Shown piece by piece: positions 1 through 9,193 of a stretch of 40,884 nt of DNA. The DNA is taken from UHGV virus genome UHGV-2008032, one strand, 5' to 3'. The DNA is from a virus. The notes below the pieces were generated by a model, which was not told where the DNA came from, searched no databases, and worked only from the letters and a program-made list of their open reading frames with translations. The position numbers and the translations under genes are program-made. The stretch's first letter is position 1; each line of letters opens with the position of its first letter.

Positions 1-641
1 CAGCCGAAACCGACGCAGAGCTGCGCATTCGGCAGGGGCAAAGCGTCGCGCTACCATCGATCACACCGTTTGAAGGTGTCGACGGTGCAATAGCTAACGT
101 TGCTGGCGTGACACGTCACAAGCTGTATGAGAACGACACGGGGGCAACCGACAGCAACGGGCTGCCGCCGCACTCAATTTCCGCCATCGTCGATGGTGGG
201 GATGTTACCGAAATAGCCCAGACCATCAGGGGGAATAAAGGGCAGGGAACGGCAACCTACGGGACAACTTCTGTCACGGTGCCGGATACTTACGGTAATC
301 CTCACGTCATCAGTTTTTCACGCTCTACCGATGTGCCAATTTTCGTAGCCATTACCCTGAAAGTTTTTACCGGGTATACCTCTCAAATCGGCGAGCAGAT
401 CAAACAGGCTGTTGCCGACTATATTAACGGCCTGACAATTGGCGACGACGTTCTGCTGAGCCGTATTTATTCCCCGGCAAACCTTGGTGTTGTGAGCGGC
501 GGTAATGCCCGATATTACGACATTCAGGAGCTGCTCATCGGCAAATCCTCTGACTCAGTCGCAAGCGGAAATATCGATATTGCTTATGACGAATCTGCGT
601 CATGCGTTGCGAGTCACGTCACTATCACGGTGACCTCATGA
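1..641 (+). CDS. Baseplate J-like protein, C-terminal part (5' truncated by window start)
   Basis: Frame open from position 3 with no start codon; stop TGA 639-641; sits before gpI-like, fibre and Tfa genes as in P2 V-W-J-I-H-G. Confidence 0.6.
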   Translation, partial: AETDAELRIRQGQSVALPSITPFEGVDGAIANVAGVTRHKLYENDTGATDSNGLPPHSISAIVDGGDVTEIAQTIRGNKGQGTATYGTTSVTVPDTYGNPHVISFSRSTDVPIFVAITLKVFTGYTSQIGEQIKQAVADYINGLTIGDDVLLSRIYSPANLGVVSGGNARYYDIQELLIGKSSDSVASGNIDIAYDESASCVASHVTITVTS

Positions 642-1318
642 GCAAATACACCGAACTGATCACTAACTACCATGCTACCAAGCCACTCTTTTTTGACCAT
701 ATAGATCTGAGCACCCGCCCGCTGATTGATGTGTCCAGCACTATGTCAGGGCTTATAACAGCCTTCGATATCGATACTGCTGTCGGTGTACAGCTCGACA
801 TCCTCGGTCTGTGGATCGGACGCAGTCGCATAGTCAGCCAGCCAATTAGCGGAGTTTATTTCAGCTGGGACACTGACGGGCTTGGGTATGACCAGGGCAT
901 CTGGCAAGGGCCATATGATCCTGATTCTGGCTATACGACGCTAAGCGATGAGACGTACCGCATCATTCTGAAAGCGAAAATCGCTATCAACAACTGGGAC
1001 GGTCGGAACGACTCTCTGCCTCCCATCCTTGACGCTGCTACCGCAGGCTCAGGCCTGAGGATGCAGATCGTCGACAACCAGGACATGACGATTTCGGTCT
1101 GGGTTTTCCCTGAAACTGATATTTCTGATGTGTCTCTCGAACTGATCGCCGCTATCAAACAGGGCTATCTCACCGTTAAATCAGCTGGCGTATGGGCCGG
1201 TGATGTTGAAACGCCTTCGGTAGAAACACCGTCAGAAGGCTCTAAATTCTTTGGGTTTGATATGGATAACGAATACATCGGCGGGCTCGATGTTGGAGCA
1301 TGGGGGACTTTACTCTAA
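638..1318 (+). CDS. Baseplate/tail protein, P2 gpI-like (DUF2313-like)
   Basis: ATG 638 overlaps upstream stop (ATGA); position between J-like and tail fibre genes. Confidence 0.5.
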   Translation: MSKYTELITNYHATKPLFFDHIDLSTRPLIDVSSTMSGLITAFDIDTAVGVQLDILGLWIGRSRIVSQPISGVYFSWDTDGLGYDQGIWQGPYDPDSGYTTLSDETYRIILKAKIAINNWDGRNDSLPPILDAATAGSGLRMQIVDNQDMTISVWVFPETDISDVSLELIAAIKQGYLTVKSAGVWAGDVETPSVETPSEGSKFFGFDMDNEYIGGLDVGAWGTLL

Positions 1319-2199
1319 TGGCAACAAATAACTTTAAAGCGTTCGCGCTTGATCCTAACGCTAACGTCATGTCACAGGCAGACTGGGAAGCGCTTCCGGC
1401 GCTGCTGTCTGGTTTTACTGCCGGGAAGGCCTCCAGTGCGCAGGTTAACAAGGCGTTGCGGCAGAGCAGTACCATGGCAGCTGTTATCGCGCAATTCATG
1501 GCTGATAAAACAGGACAGGATGTACTGGATAATGGTAACACCAGCCAATTAGAGGCGATATTTGCCAGTGCAATCCAGGGGCGTCTAATCAATGTCCGTG
1601 TGTTTACATCATCCGGGACTTACACGCCAACCAATGGAACAAAGTCGATTATCGTCGAAGTGCAAGGAGGAGGCGGAGGTGGTGGTAATGCCAAGGCCAC
1701 TTCGTCCACCACATATACATTGACCTCATCGGGAGGGGCTGGTGGGTATGCTAAATCCAGACTTACCAATCTTGCCGCCTCTTATTCTGTAACTGTAGGA
1801 GCAGGAGGCGCGGGAGGTGTTTCTGGAGGGCAGTCAGTTTTTGGCTCTATTACATGCGGAGGAGGAGGTGCTGGCAGCCAAATAGGCGGGTCTTATACAG
1901 CATCGAGCAGTGTAGTAACACTTGGCGCATCAGGAGGCGATGCTTCGGGTGGCAATATAGTTAATGTTCCTGGTTCGAGTGCCGATCCGTCACTTTTAAT
2001 CGCTGGCGGGGCTGTGTCTGCTGTTGGTGGAAATTCAGTCATCGGTACTGGTGGGAAAGGTGCCGGTTCTTCTTCTGCTACCGGACTTCCTGGAACACTA
2101 GGCGGCGGTGGTGGTGGTGCTAATGCCGCTGGAAATACTACGTTAATTGCTGGCGGTAAAGGCGGTGACGGTATTGTTATAATTTGGGAGTTTGCATGA
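1318..2199 (+). CDS. Tail fibre protein with glycine-rich C-terminal repeats
   Basis: ATG 1318 overlaps upstream stop (TAATG); N-terminus MATNNFKAFALDPNANV...ASSAQVNKALRQ typical of fibre N-domains; C-terminus rich in GGxGG repeats; followed by Tfa. Confidence 0.6.
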   Translation: MATNNFKAFALDPNANVMSQADWEALPALLSGFTAGKASSAQVNKALRQSSTMAAVIAQFMADKTGQDVLDNGNTSQLEAIFASAIQGRLINVRVFTSSGTYTPTNGTKSIIVEVQGGGGGGGNAKATSSTTYTLTSSGGAGGYAKSRLTNLAASYSVTVGAGGAGGVSGGQSVFGSITCGGGGAGSQIGGSYTASSSVVTLGASGGDASGGNIVNVPGSSADPSLLIAGGAVSAVGGNSVIGTGGKGAGSSSATGLPGTLGGGGGGANAAGNTTLIAGGKGGDGIVIIWEFA

Positions 2200-2594
2200 T
2201 GGCTATTTACGCATTAGTTAAAGACGGCGTTGTAGAAAACACAGTCATCTGGGATGGGGGAGGTGATTTGTTTCCTGACTACCAGGCGGTTGAACTGAAC
2301 GAAAATGAAACCGCTGGTCCGGGATGGACTTATGACGGAACTGAGTTCTATCCTCCAGTTGAACCGGAAAAGAGCCATGAAGAGTTGGTGGTTGAGGCTG
2401 AGCAGCAGAAAGAAGCTTTATTGTCAGAGGCGCAGACAACGATAAGCCTTTGGCAAACTGAACTGCAACTTGGCATCATCAGCGACGAAGATAAGGCAAG
2501 TCTGATCGCGTGGGTTCAGTACATCAAAGCCCTTAAGGCGGTCGACACGTCGAAAGCTCCGGATATCACCTGGCCTGTGCCACCAGCGACTTAA
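2196..2594 (+). CDS. tfa: Tail fibre assembly chaperone (Tfa)
   Basis: ATG 2196 overlaps fibre stop; C-terminal ...LIAWVQYIKALKAVDTSKAPDITWPVPP typical of Tfa proteins. Confidence 0.7.
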   Translation: MMAIYALVKDGVVENTVIWDGGGDLFPDYQAVELNENETAGPGWTYDGTEFYPPVEPEKSHEELVVEAEQQKEALLSEAQTTISLWQTELQLGIISDEDKASLIAWVQYIKALKAVDTSKAPDITWPVPPAT

Positions 2595-2608
2595 TTTCAT
2601 TTTGGCGA

Positions 2609-2623
2609 TGTGCCATATTTGTG
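2609..2623 (+). repeat. Arm-type integrase-binding repeat TGTGCCATATTTGTG (P arm)
   Basis: Exact 15-bp direct repeat of 2827..2841; related TGTGCCATT at 2661..2669; flanks the tRNA-derived core. Confidence 0.5.
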
Positions 2624-2732
2624 TCATACGTGGTAAATCGCCTTTCACTATCTTGCGTCATGTGCCATTGAGTTATGCAATGTGAATGCGGCAATGTACA
2701 TGTAAAACAGTTAGTTAAAAGTGATTCTACTA

Positions 2733-2778
2733 ATTCGTAATGCGAAGGTCGTAGGTTCGACTCCTATTATCGGCACCA
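2733..2778 (+). other. attP-like core: 3' 46 nt of a tRNA-Thr(CGU) gene (anticodon loop through CCA), not an intact tRNA
   Basis: ATTCGTAATGCGAAGGTCGTAGGTTCGACTCCTATTATCGGCACCA folds as anticodon loop TTCGTAA, T-arm GTAGG/TTCGACT/CCTAT and acceptor 3' strand plus CCA; upstream sequence has no acceptor or D-arm; integrase stop lies 15 bp away. Confidence 0.65.
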
Positions 2779-2792
2779 CTAACCACGCGGGT

Positions 2793-3956
2793 TCACGCGA
2801 TATTCACCAGTTCAGCAAAAGCGCCTTGTGCCATATTTGTGCCATTCCCCGCCAGAAATGAGTCGATTTGCATGGCATGCTGCGTCAGGTGATTCGGTGC
2901 CAGATGGGCATAACGCTGTACCATCTCGATACTTTCCCACCCGCCCATTTCCTGTAGCGCACTGAGTGGCACGCCGGACTGTACAAGCCAGCTTGCCCAG
3001 GTGTGCCGCAGGTCATGGAAGCGGAAATTTTCTATTCCCGCCCGCCTTAACGCTGCTCGCCATGCCGTGTTAGCATCAGACCGCATTTTGCGCACTGCCT
3101 TTGTTCTCGTTCCATCCGGGCGAACGGATGATTCAGTGTGAACAAAGACCCACCGGTTATGTTTCCCCAGCTGCTCCCGCAGCACCTTACAGGCCGATTC
3201 GTTCAGGGCGACCCCAATCGCCCTTCCTGCTTTCGCGTCCTCGGGGTGAATCCACGCGACCTTCCTCTGCATATCAATTTGTGACCACTCCAGATCGGTG
3301 ATGTTCGACCTGCGCAGCCCCGTCGCCAGTGCAAAAATAACAACTGGCTTCATATGCTCGGGAAGTTCCCGGATCAGGTTCGCCGCTTCCTCTTTGGTTA
3401 GCCAGCGAATACGCTTATTTTTCGGCACCGGGCATTTGATGTTCGGCGCCTTGGCTATCCATCGCCATTCGTTGGCCGCACATCGTAACAGCGCCCGGAT
3501 GAAAGCAAGGTGCGTCGCCTTCGTCGCCAGCGACGCTGGTTTATCCTTAAATTCAGGAACCGGCTTACCTCTTCGCAGCAGGCTGTCCCGTTTCGCCTCC
3601 CAGTTCATTCGATGTTTGCGATTAACCATCGAACTCACCGCCGACAAGATCCTGTCTTCCGTGATTGCTGACAGGTCCATTCCTTTGAAGTGCATTCTCC
3701 AGAATCCGATCCGGCTTTTGTCATCGTCCAGGCTTTTCTTGTGCTGCTTTTCGTTAAGCCAGCGAACGCACGCTTCATCGAACGTTCTCGGCTTAAACTC
3801 ACCCATCTTATCAACTCGCCATGCTTCAGCTTTCAGCTGATCATAGAGCTCCTGCGCTTGCCTTTTGTCCGTTGTCCCAAGAGACCGTCTAATTCGACTT
3901 CCACCAGGCGTAACGAAGTCGCAGTGCCACGTACCGGCACGTTGTTTGATTGACAT
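2793..3956 (-). CDS. int: Tyrosine integrase
   Basis: 387 aa; N-terminal arm-binding-like domain; C-terminal HDLRHTWAS ... VQRYAHL catalytic motifs; adjacent to att core. Confidence 0.9.
   Translation of the reverse strand: MSIKQRAGTWHCDFVTPGGSRIRRSLGTTDKRQAQELYDQLKAEAWRVDKMGEFKPRTFDEACVRWLNEKQHKKSLDDDKSRIGFWRMHFKGMDLSAITEDRILSAVSSMVNRKHRMNWEAKRDSLLRRGKPVPEFKDKPASLATKATHLAFIRALLRCAANEWRWIAKAPNIKCPVPKNKRIRWLTKEEAANLIRELPEHMKPVVIFALATGLRRSNITDLEWSQIDMQRKVAWIHPEDAKAGRAIGVALNESACKVLREQLGKHNRWVFVHTESSVRPDGTRTKAVRKMRSDANTAWRAALRRAGIENFRFHDLRHTWASWLVQSGVPLSALQEMGGWESIEMVQRYAHLAPNHLTQHAMQIDSFLAGNGTNMAQGAFAELVNIA
2827..2841 (+). repeat. Arm-type repeat TGTGCCATATTTGTG (P' arm, inside int 3' end), tandem with TGTGCCATT
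   Basis: Exact copy of 2609..2623 on the other side of the core. Confidence 0.5.
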
Positions 3957-4180
3957 GCTTTAACCTCCTGCACATCAACCGCATTCACCGCGCTATTGTG
4001 TCTCACAGACTTAAGCGCCGCAATGCAGTCTGACTTGCAAATGCGATATGGGCTTTTAGGTTTATCTGGATTTATCTTTGCGGCCTGAAGTCGTCCACTT
4101 CGTATCCACTGCGTGATAGTGCCTTTGTCTACCTTCAGATACGATGCTGCCTCTTCACGAGTGAAGATTTCTTCTTCCAC
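3833..4180 (-). CDS. xis: Excisionase-like HTH DNA-binding protein
   Basis: GTG start at 4180 with GGAG 6 nt upstream; helix-turn-helix [25 protein letters not shown]; 3' end overlaps int start by about 120 nt. Confidence 0.5.
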   Translation of the reverse strand: MEEEIFTREEAASYLKVDKGTITQWIRSGRLQAAKINPDKPKSPYRICKSDCIAALKSVRHNSAVNAVDVQEVKACQSNNVPVRGTATSLRLVEVELDGLLGQRTKGKRRSSMIS

Positions 4181-4267
4181 TTGGAATCTCCATTTATTGA
4201 GTTGGTATTATTGCGGTAGGTCTGGATATCTTGAGAAATGAACAGGCCTCATCGAGTGTGAGGCGGG

Positions 4268-4612
4268 TTAGTCCTTGCGTAGCTCGCTAATTCTTCTGTA
4301 AGTCTCTGGTGCTTTGTTTCCGTGTATCTTCATTTCAGACTTCAACAGAGCAACGAGGGAATCCCATTCGTTGAGGATGCCTTTGAATGCCGGAACGCGC
4401 TTTGCAACCTTGTTGAATGAATCTCTGATTTCTGGAATCTGCTCAACAAGTGCAACGCATCGCCGAAAGTCTGCTGCGTCATGGGGAGCACCGAAGTAAT
4501 GACCATAGATATTCTTTTTCAGTCCACATGCGATTGAGGCAAGAGTTGCGCTACTGATGCCAACATCGCCAGTCGATTGCCATTTCAAAACCTTCATAGC
4601 CAAATCTGACAT
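4268..4612 (-). CDS. Hypothetical early protein
   Basis: Start placed at internal ATG 4612 with GGAGA 6 nt upstream; the longer ORF start at 4639 lies inside a terminator stem. Confidence 0.45.
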   Translation of the reverse strand: MSDLAMKVLKWQSTGDVGISSATLASIACGLKKNIYGHYFGAPHDAADFRRCVALVEQIPEIRDSFNKVAKRVPAFKGILNEWDSLVALLKSEMKIHGNKAPETYRRISELRKD

Positions 4613-4624
4613 TTCTTGTCTCCA

Positions 4625-4646
4625 ATAAAAAACCGCCATCAGGCGG
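4625..4646 (-). terminator. Intrinsic terminator within the leftward operon
   Basis: Stem CCGCC/GGCGG with 4-nt loop followed on the minus strand by a U-run (forward A-run 4625-4632). Confidence 0.4.
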
Positions 4647-4712
4647 CTTGGTGTTCTTTCAGTTATTCAATTCGAATATTGGTTACATTGTTTTCATATA
4701 TGAATAAATAAA

Positions 4713-4892
4713 TTAGCTTTTTTCGTTGCCTTCGCTTTCTTTATTAATTTTAACAAACTCGTTTTTACCACGCTCTCCAAATGCGTCTTTAGAGTCGTTG
4801 TATCCGCAATCGCAGCACACATAATCTCCAGACCATCCACGCATTGTTTTTTCTTTTGCAATATTTCCAGAACCGCATTTTGGACAAGACAT
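4713..4892 (-). CDS. Small zinc-ribbon protein (CxxC...CxxC)
   Basis: ATG 4892 with GGAGG 7 nt upstream; MSCPKCGSG...CCDCGYN cysteine pairs. Confidence 0.5.
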   Translation of the reverse strand: MSCPKCGSGNIAKEKTMRGWSGDYVCCDCGYNDSKDAFGERGKNEFVKINKESEGNEKS

Positions 4893-4988
4893 ATCACTAC
4901 CTCCAAAGCATGAGTGAGATGACAACGTAACATTGATTGGAGATTAACAATAGATTGCTGATGTAAAAGATATGTATAAGCTTCGCTT

Positions 4989-5555
4989 TCAAAGTGGAGG
5001 CTCTGGTAGCGGCATCCAGTGAGTTACGTCATCCAAGATATTTCCTGATAAATACGTGAAAGCTCTATATTTTTTGTAATCAATTGGATTTACAACCCAG
5101 TTCCAATATGCGGCCACGATTTCACCTTGACTAAATGCCAGTAACATTTTGGTTTCTTCCGGCATTCGCTCACTACAGCTTATCCAACCATCCGGAGTTA
5201 CCGGAGAGTTGCCCGATAGCTCGTTCAACTTGTAAGTTTGGCTTACGAGTTCGGCTTCCAGTTCTGCTATGCGCTTTTTTGCTGCTTCCAGCTCGCCAAG
5301 CAGCGCCAAGACGGTAGCCGGATTGGCTGCAGCGATGAATTCAGCATTGGCCTGCTGTTCCATTTGGAAATCTTCATCGAAACCGCTTTCAGGATGCGCT
5401 CCTTCAATTCTGCAAATGGGAAGATATCCAACAACGTCACGATGAATTAGCGCATCATCACAATCAAATCGGCTCTCTCCATATTCGAGCGACCACACCC
5501 CACACGTTGCTTTCTCTGCCGCTTCACGCAGTGCCTGATAGTCAATCTTGCTCAT
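4989..5555 (-). CDS. Ead/Ea22-like protein with C-terminal DUF551-like domain
   Basis: N-terminal ...YQALREAAEKAT...ANAEFIAAANPATVLALLGELEAAKKRIAELE pattern; C-terminal DGWISCSERMPEE...WMPLPEPP. Confidence 0.55.
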   Translation of the reverse strand: MSKIDYQALREAAEKATCGVWSLEYGESRFDCDDALIHRDVVGYLPICRIEGAHPESGFDEDFQMEQQANAEFIAAANPATVLALLGELEAAKKRIAELEAELVSQTYKLNELSGNSPVTPDGWISCSERMPEETKMLLAFSQGEIVAAYWNWVVNPIDYKKYRAFTYLSGNILDDVTHWMPLPEPPL

Positions 5556-5556
5556 G

Positions 5557-5856
5557 TCACATCACCCTGAATCCGTTGCATTTACGTAAGAAATCGCAGA
5601 TATAGCCCTTCATTTTTTCATGCCAATCTCGATCATTCCCATTGCACCACCCATCAGGTGGAGTCCAGTTTTCTATCAGAGCAGCCATTTTCTTTGCTTT
5701 CGCCGGAGTAGCTGTTGCGGTATCGCAGTAATGACGAGTGTCAACAAACTTATCCATGCCATCGATATCAAGTACGCAAAACCATGTGTGATTCGGAATT
5801 CCTACAGGTGGTATTTGTTGCCCACGTCGGCGTTTATCAATGAGATATACACTCAC
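5557..5856 (-). CDS. Hypothetical early protein
   Basis: 99-aa ORF abutting neighbours on the same strand. Confidence 0.4.
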   Translation of the reverse strand: MSVYLIDKRRRGQQIPPVGIPNHTWFCVLDIDGMDKFVDTRHYCDTATATPAKAKKMAALIENWTPPDGWCNGNDRDWHEKMKGYICDFLRKCNGFRVM

Positions 5857-6320
5857 TGGTTACCTCCTTTGCGAAGCTCTGCGGCGAACTCGTTAAGTGA
5901 TATGTAGCAATCTCCAAATGTTAACGAACCGCTCGACTGCATATGCTCCATAGCCATCTCCACGCCCTGCGCCCGTACTTCAGCCAGGAAAGCATCGGTG
6001 GCTGGGGTTTCAGTAACATCATCTTCCCATTCGCTAAACTCCTCACGACAAAAGTCATTAAATTCCTTCTCAGATTGCTTAAGCGAGGTATTTTCAGCAG
6101 CCATCTTCGCGCATTTAGCCTCAAGGTTATCAATCGTGATTCCAGCAGAACGACACTCCCGCAACGCCGTTTCTAGTTTTGATTCAAGTTCACCGAACTT
6201 ACGCACCAGATATTCAGCGTTTGTTTCGTTAACCTTTAAATCTCGGGGGATGCATTTACCTTTCAGAAAACCATCCATCTCAATTAGTGACATTTGTTTC
6301 ATTTCTTCCCACTCCGCCAC
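5853..6320 (-). CDS. Hypothetical early protein (coiled-coil-like)
   Basis: 155-aa ORF in the leftward operon with 4-nt overlap to the downstream gene. Confidence 0.4.
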   Translation of the reverse strand: MAEWEEMKQMSLIEMDGFLKGKCIPRDLKVNETNAEYLVRKFGELESKLETALRECRSAGITIDNLEAKCAKMAAENTSLKQSEKEFNDFCREEFSEWEDDVTETPATDAFLAEVRAQGVEMAMEHMQSSGSLTFGDCYISLNEFAAELRKGGNQ

Positions 6321-6458
6321 ATTGCATTCAGATATTTGTTGTCATTAACAGAACCGAAATATTTCTCTTAAGCAATTCCTCTCTCGATGGCATTGGCTTT
6401 ACGCGTTGGCGAATAATCATTTCTGCCGGAAGAATGCCGGGATTGTATGCAAGTCCTC

Positions 6459-6749
6459 TCATGATTTACTCTCCACGAACTGGTCAACGGCCATGCTAAG
6501 TGACACACCTAAAGTATCGATATGCTGCTGAATATCCTGTAGCGTCCGCGCTTGAGATAACAGAATTTCACGGTTGCATAACTCTTTAACCAGATGCTCA
6601 AACTTGCTGTAATAACCGATACGGCTTAGTGTTTCTTTCCCTGCATTCTCACCTTCTTTGATAATTCCTCTTTCGCTAAGAATCAGGTCGTGTTTGGTTC
6701 CGGTAATAACGTATTTGCCGAGGTCGATGTTTAGCTTCATTGTTTTCAT
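6459..6749 (-). CDS. Hypothetical early protein
   Basis: Start placed at ATG 6749 ([11 protein letters not shown]...) with GAGGAA upstream, just after the stop of the 6760..7056 gene; the longer track ORF would overlap it. Confidence 0.4.
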   Translation of the reverse strand: MKTMKLNIDLGKYVITGTKHDLILSERGIIKEGENAGKETLSRIGYYSKFEHLVKELCNREILLSQARTLQDIQQHIDTLGVSLSMAVDQFVESKS

Positions 6750-6759
6750 TGTTAATTCC

Positions 6760-7056
6760 TCAGTCATTACTGATAGCGCCATAGCGTGAGCGGTAATTAC
6801 GCAGGCGCGGGTCGATATATTCAGGGAAGTGGGTATATGTGGCTTTGCGGAATGGTCGGATTGATGTCTGGTAAATTCGCTCTCGTTCTTCTTTCTCTGC
6901 AAGCCATATACAGTGGCGAAATTCCTTTTCTTCTTTCGTTTCCTGCGGTAGCGACATTATCCGGTCGTAGTTTTTCCTGAATTTATCCAGCACCTCCGAT
7001 ACGGAATTGCCGGAACAGCGGCGCGCGTCGTCCGCACCATACAGAGGCGCTGGCAT
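6760..7056 (-). CDS. Hypothetical early protein
   Basis: 98-aa ORF in the leftward operon. Confidence 0.4.
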   Translation of the reverse strand: MPAPLYGADDARRCSGNSVSEVLDKFRKNYDRIMSLPQETKEEKEFRHCIWLAEKEERERIYQTSIRPFRKATYTHFPEYIDPRLRNYRSRYGAISND

Positions 7057-7069
7057 GATTTTCTCCTGA

Positions 7070-7585
7070 TTAAATTGCGTGAATAGCGTGACGAGGGAAG
7101 GGGAGGGTTACTGGCGCAAAAGGTATATCGTCGTCAAACTCCATAGGTGGTTCGCTGTGATTTACCTGCTTCTGAGGCTGCTGTTTTTGTTGCTGACCGT
7201 TATTTCGCTGAGGTGAAGACTGTTCATTGCTTCCTTGCTTGCCACCAAGCATTTGCATGGTTCCACCAACGCCCACGATAACTTCGGTAGTGAACCGATC
7301 CTGTCCGCTTTGATCCTGCCATTTTCTTGTCCGCAATTTTCCTTCAAGATAAACCTCAGAGCCTTTTCGCAGATATTCGCTGGCAATTTCTGCCAGTTTC
7401 CCGCTCATTACCACACGGTGCCACTCCGTCTGCTCCTTTTGCTCTCCAGTTTGCTTATCACGCCATTGTTCTGACGTAGCAACTATAAGGTTTGCAAATG
7501 CCGTTCCTGATGGTGAATATCTGATTTCTGGATCATGCCCAAGGCGACCAATAATGATCACCTTATTTACGCCTCTACTTCCCAT
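7070..7585 (-). CDS. ssb: Single-stranded DNA-binding protein
   Basis: OB-fold-like N-terminus, Gly/Gln-rich linker, acidic C-terminal tail DDDIPF. Confidence 0.85.
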   Translation of the reverse strand: MGSRGVNKVIIIGRLGHDPEIRYSPSGTAFANLIVATSEQWRDKQTGEQKEQTEWHRVVMSGKLAEIASEYLRKGSEVYLEGKLRTRKWQDQSGQDRFTTEVIVGVGGTMQMLGGKQGSNEQSSPQRNNGQQQKQQPQKQVNHSEPPMEFDDDIPFAPVTLPFPRHAIHAI

Positions 7586-8293
7586 TTATGCCGCCTGTTT
7601 TAGTTCGTTAACTCTGATGTTCATTACCTGAACGCATTTAGCCTGCGCATCCTCATTGCCAGCCATTAATTGCCAGTCATGCTGATAACGTTCTATGAGT
7701 TTTTTCTTGTCAGTTTCTGTTGATGCATAATCGCTGAAGTCTTTCAGGATTTGTTCGCAGTCAACCGATGGAGATTTCTGGTTGGTATTTTCTGGTGATG
7801 GTTTGTTATCTGATGCTGGGATTGCCCAGCCCGGCAGCGATGGAGGGAGCCAGTAAAATCCTGTTCCATCCTTCAGTTTTGCCCTGTGCCACCCCTGTTT
7901 TTTATCGGGAGATGTTTGTGCGAAACCTTCCTCAAGGTTATACAGATACCGACCGATTCCCCACTGAACGGCAGCGCGCTTCATTGCACCGGAACGACCA
8001 CCTTTGACGGCTTCTACCTGCGTGTTTTCAGCAGCATCCCATTTGGTTACCCATTCGGAATCAATCTTTATTGATATGCCGCATTCAACGCCGCCGTTGT
8101 TGGGAATATCGCGGTATTCATTGCGCCATCCTGCTTTGCCACAAACATCGTCAAGGCGTTTCATGATTGCCCGGTTCGTAACATAAGCCAGCACCATAGC
8201 CCACACCTTGCCATCGCGTGTTTTACCGCTTTGCTGTATTCGCCATTCGATATCTTCAGGGCAGAATGGCTCATCGAATTTGTTCAAATCCAT
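7586..8293 (-). CDS. Single-strand annealing recombinase, Rad52/Sak-like
   Basis: Motifs ...GKAGWRNEY...SGAMKRAAVQWGIGRYLY resemble Rad52-family annealing proteins; immediately upstream of ssb. Confidence 0.55.
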   Translation of the reverse strand: MDLNKFDEPFCPEDIEWRIQQSGKTRDGKVWAMVLAYVTNRAIMKRLDDVCGKAGWRNEYRDIPNNGGVECGISIKIDSEWVTKWDAAENTQVEAVKGGRSGAMKRAAVQWGIGRYLYNLEEGFAQTSPDKKQGWHRAKLKDGTGFYWLPPSLPGWAIPASDNKPSPENTNQKSPSVDCEQILKDFSDYASTETDKKKLIERYQHDWQLMAGNEDAQAKCVQVMNIRVNELKQAA

Positions 8294-8392
8294 AATTCAC
8301 CTCAGAATGGACATGGCCCAAGGAAATAACGCTGGTTTAATACTTCGACTCGGGACAAATTAAGGCATACCCGCATTCCTTCGCGGTCACCA

Positions 8393-8551
8393 TTATGGCG
8401 ATACCAGAGAGCTTTCTGCGTGTACATGCGTCTCTGTAACTTGCTCTCCTTCACTGTGGTTGCAAGTGACATGAATATCTCCTTCGTTACCGATTAATTC
8501 TTTCATCTGACGAATGAATTCTTCGTCTGACCAGTTATCTGTAAAACTCAT
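8393..8551 (-). CDS. Small hypothetical protein (52 aa)
   Basis: Hand-translated; ATG overlaps upstream stop (ATGA); below the ORF-track size cut-off. Confidence 0.3.
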   Translation of the reverse strand: MSFTDNWSDEEFIRQMKELIGNEGDIHVTCNHSEGEQVTETHVHAESSLVSP

Positions 8552-8700
8552 TTCCTGCGATACCACGGAATGTTGATCGCTGATTTCATCGCTTTATTTG
8601 CTTCAAGCCACATTTTGGAATCACCAATAAATCTGGCTATTACTGCTTTGTTCTGTGCAGCACGAAGCATCTGGTGATTGATGGCTATTTCATTGCGCAT
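8548..8700 (-). CDS. Small hypothetical protein (50 aa)
   Basis: Hand-translated; GGAGG upstream; stop overlaps next start (ATGA). Confidence 0.3.
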   Translation of the reverse strand: MRNEIAINHQMLRAAQNKAVIARFIGDSKMWLEANKAMKSAINIPWYRRK

Positions 8701-8819
8701 AACGCCTCCAGTTGTTTCTTTGCTGCTCTGATTAATTGTTTAACTCGGCGTGATAATTCAGATTCGTGCGGGTAGAAAGCGGACATGACGCCGCTACCCG
8801 CGAGCTGAAAGTGCATCAT
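8685..8819 (-). CDS. Small hypothetical protein (44 aa)
   Basis: Hand-translated; AGGAG 6 nt upstream of ATG. Confidence 0.3.
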   Translation of the reverse strand: MMHFQLAGSGVMSAFYPHESELSRRVKQLIRAAKKQLEALCAMK

Positions 8820-8902
8820 GGGTAACTCCTTATATTTGATTGCATAACGAAAACGCCTCGAGTGAAGCGTTATTGGTATGCGGTAAAGCCGCGCTCAGGC
8901 GG

Positions 8903-9151
8903 CTACTCTATTTCTTCTTCGAATGATTTTATTAGTCGGTCAATAACATCATCCGTTTCAATATCATTTCCGTCTGATTGCTTTAATACATCTATTGATT
9001 CTGCAGCGGTAAATTCCATCGCTGTGAGAAACTCGACAATTGCACACTCAACGACATATCGTTCTTCATCTGTACGACATGAGATAAAAGAGCATTTAAT
9101 TGCTGTTATTACTTTTTGTTTAAGCTCTGCAGGGTAATCAGTTTTTATCAT
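8903..9151 (-). CDS. Small acidic early protein (82 aa)
   Basis: Strongly acidic C-terminal half (...DGNDIETDDVIDRLIKSFEEEIE); first gene after a leftward terminator. Confidence 0.5.
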   Translation of the reverse strand: MIKTDYPAELKQKVITAIKCSFISCRTDEERYVVECAIVEFLTAMEFTAAESIDVLKQSDGNDIETDDVIDRLIKSFEEEIE

Positions 9152-9163
9152 CGTTTACTCCGT

Positions 9164-9193
9164 CAAAAAAATTGCCCTCACATTAGAGGGCAA
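9164..9193 (-). terminator. Intrinsic terminator in the leftward operon
   Basis: 8-bp stem TTGCCCTC/GAGGGCAA followed on the minus strand by an 8-nt U-run. Confidence 0.6.

Noticed and set aside
1670-2170. Repetitive GGNGGNGG DNA in the tail fibre, considered as a CRISPR array or simple-sequence repeat
   Set aside because: Repeats are in frame and encode the Gly-rich fibre domain; no repeat-spacer periodicity.
2733-2778. Possible intact tRNA-Thr gene
   Set aside because: Only the 3' 46 nt (anticodon loop to CCA) are present; the upstream sequence cannot form the acceptor or D arms, so it is an att core fragment rather than a gene.
3298-3840. 180-aa plus-strand ORF inside the integrase gene
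   Set aside because: Antisense to integrase, which has clear catalytic motifs; no start context.
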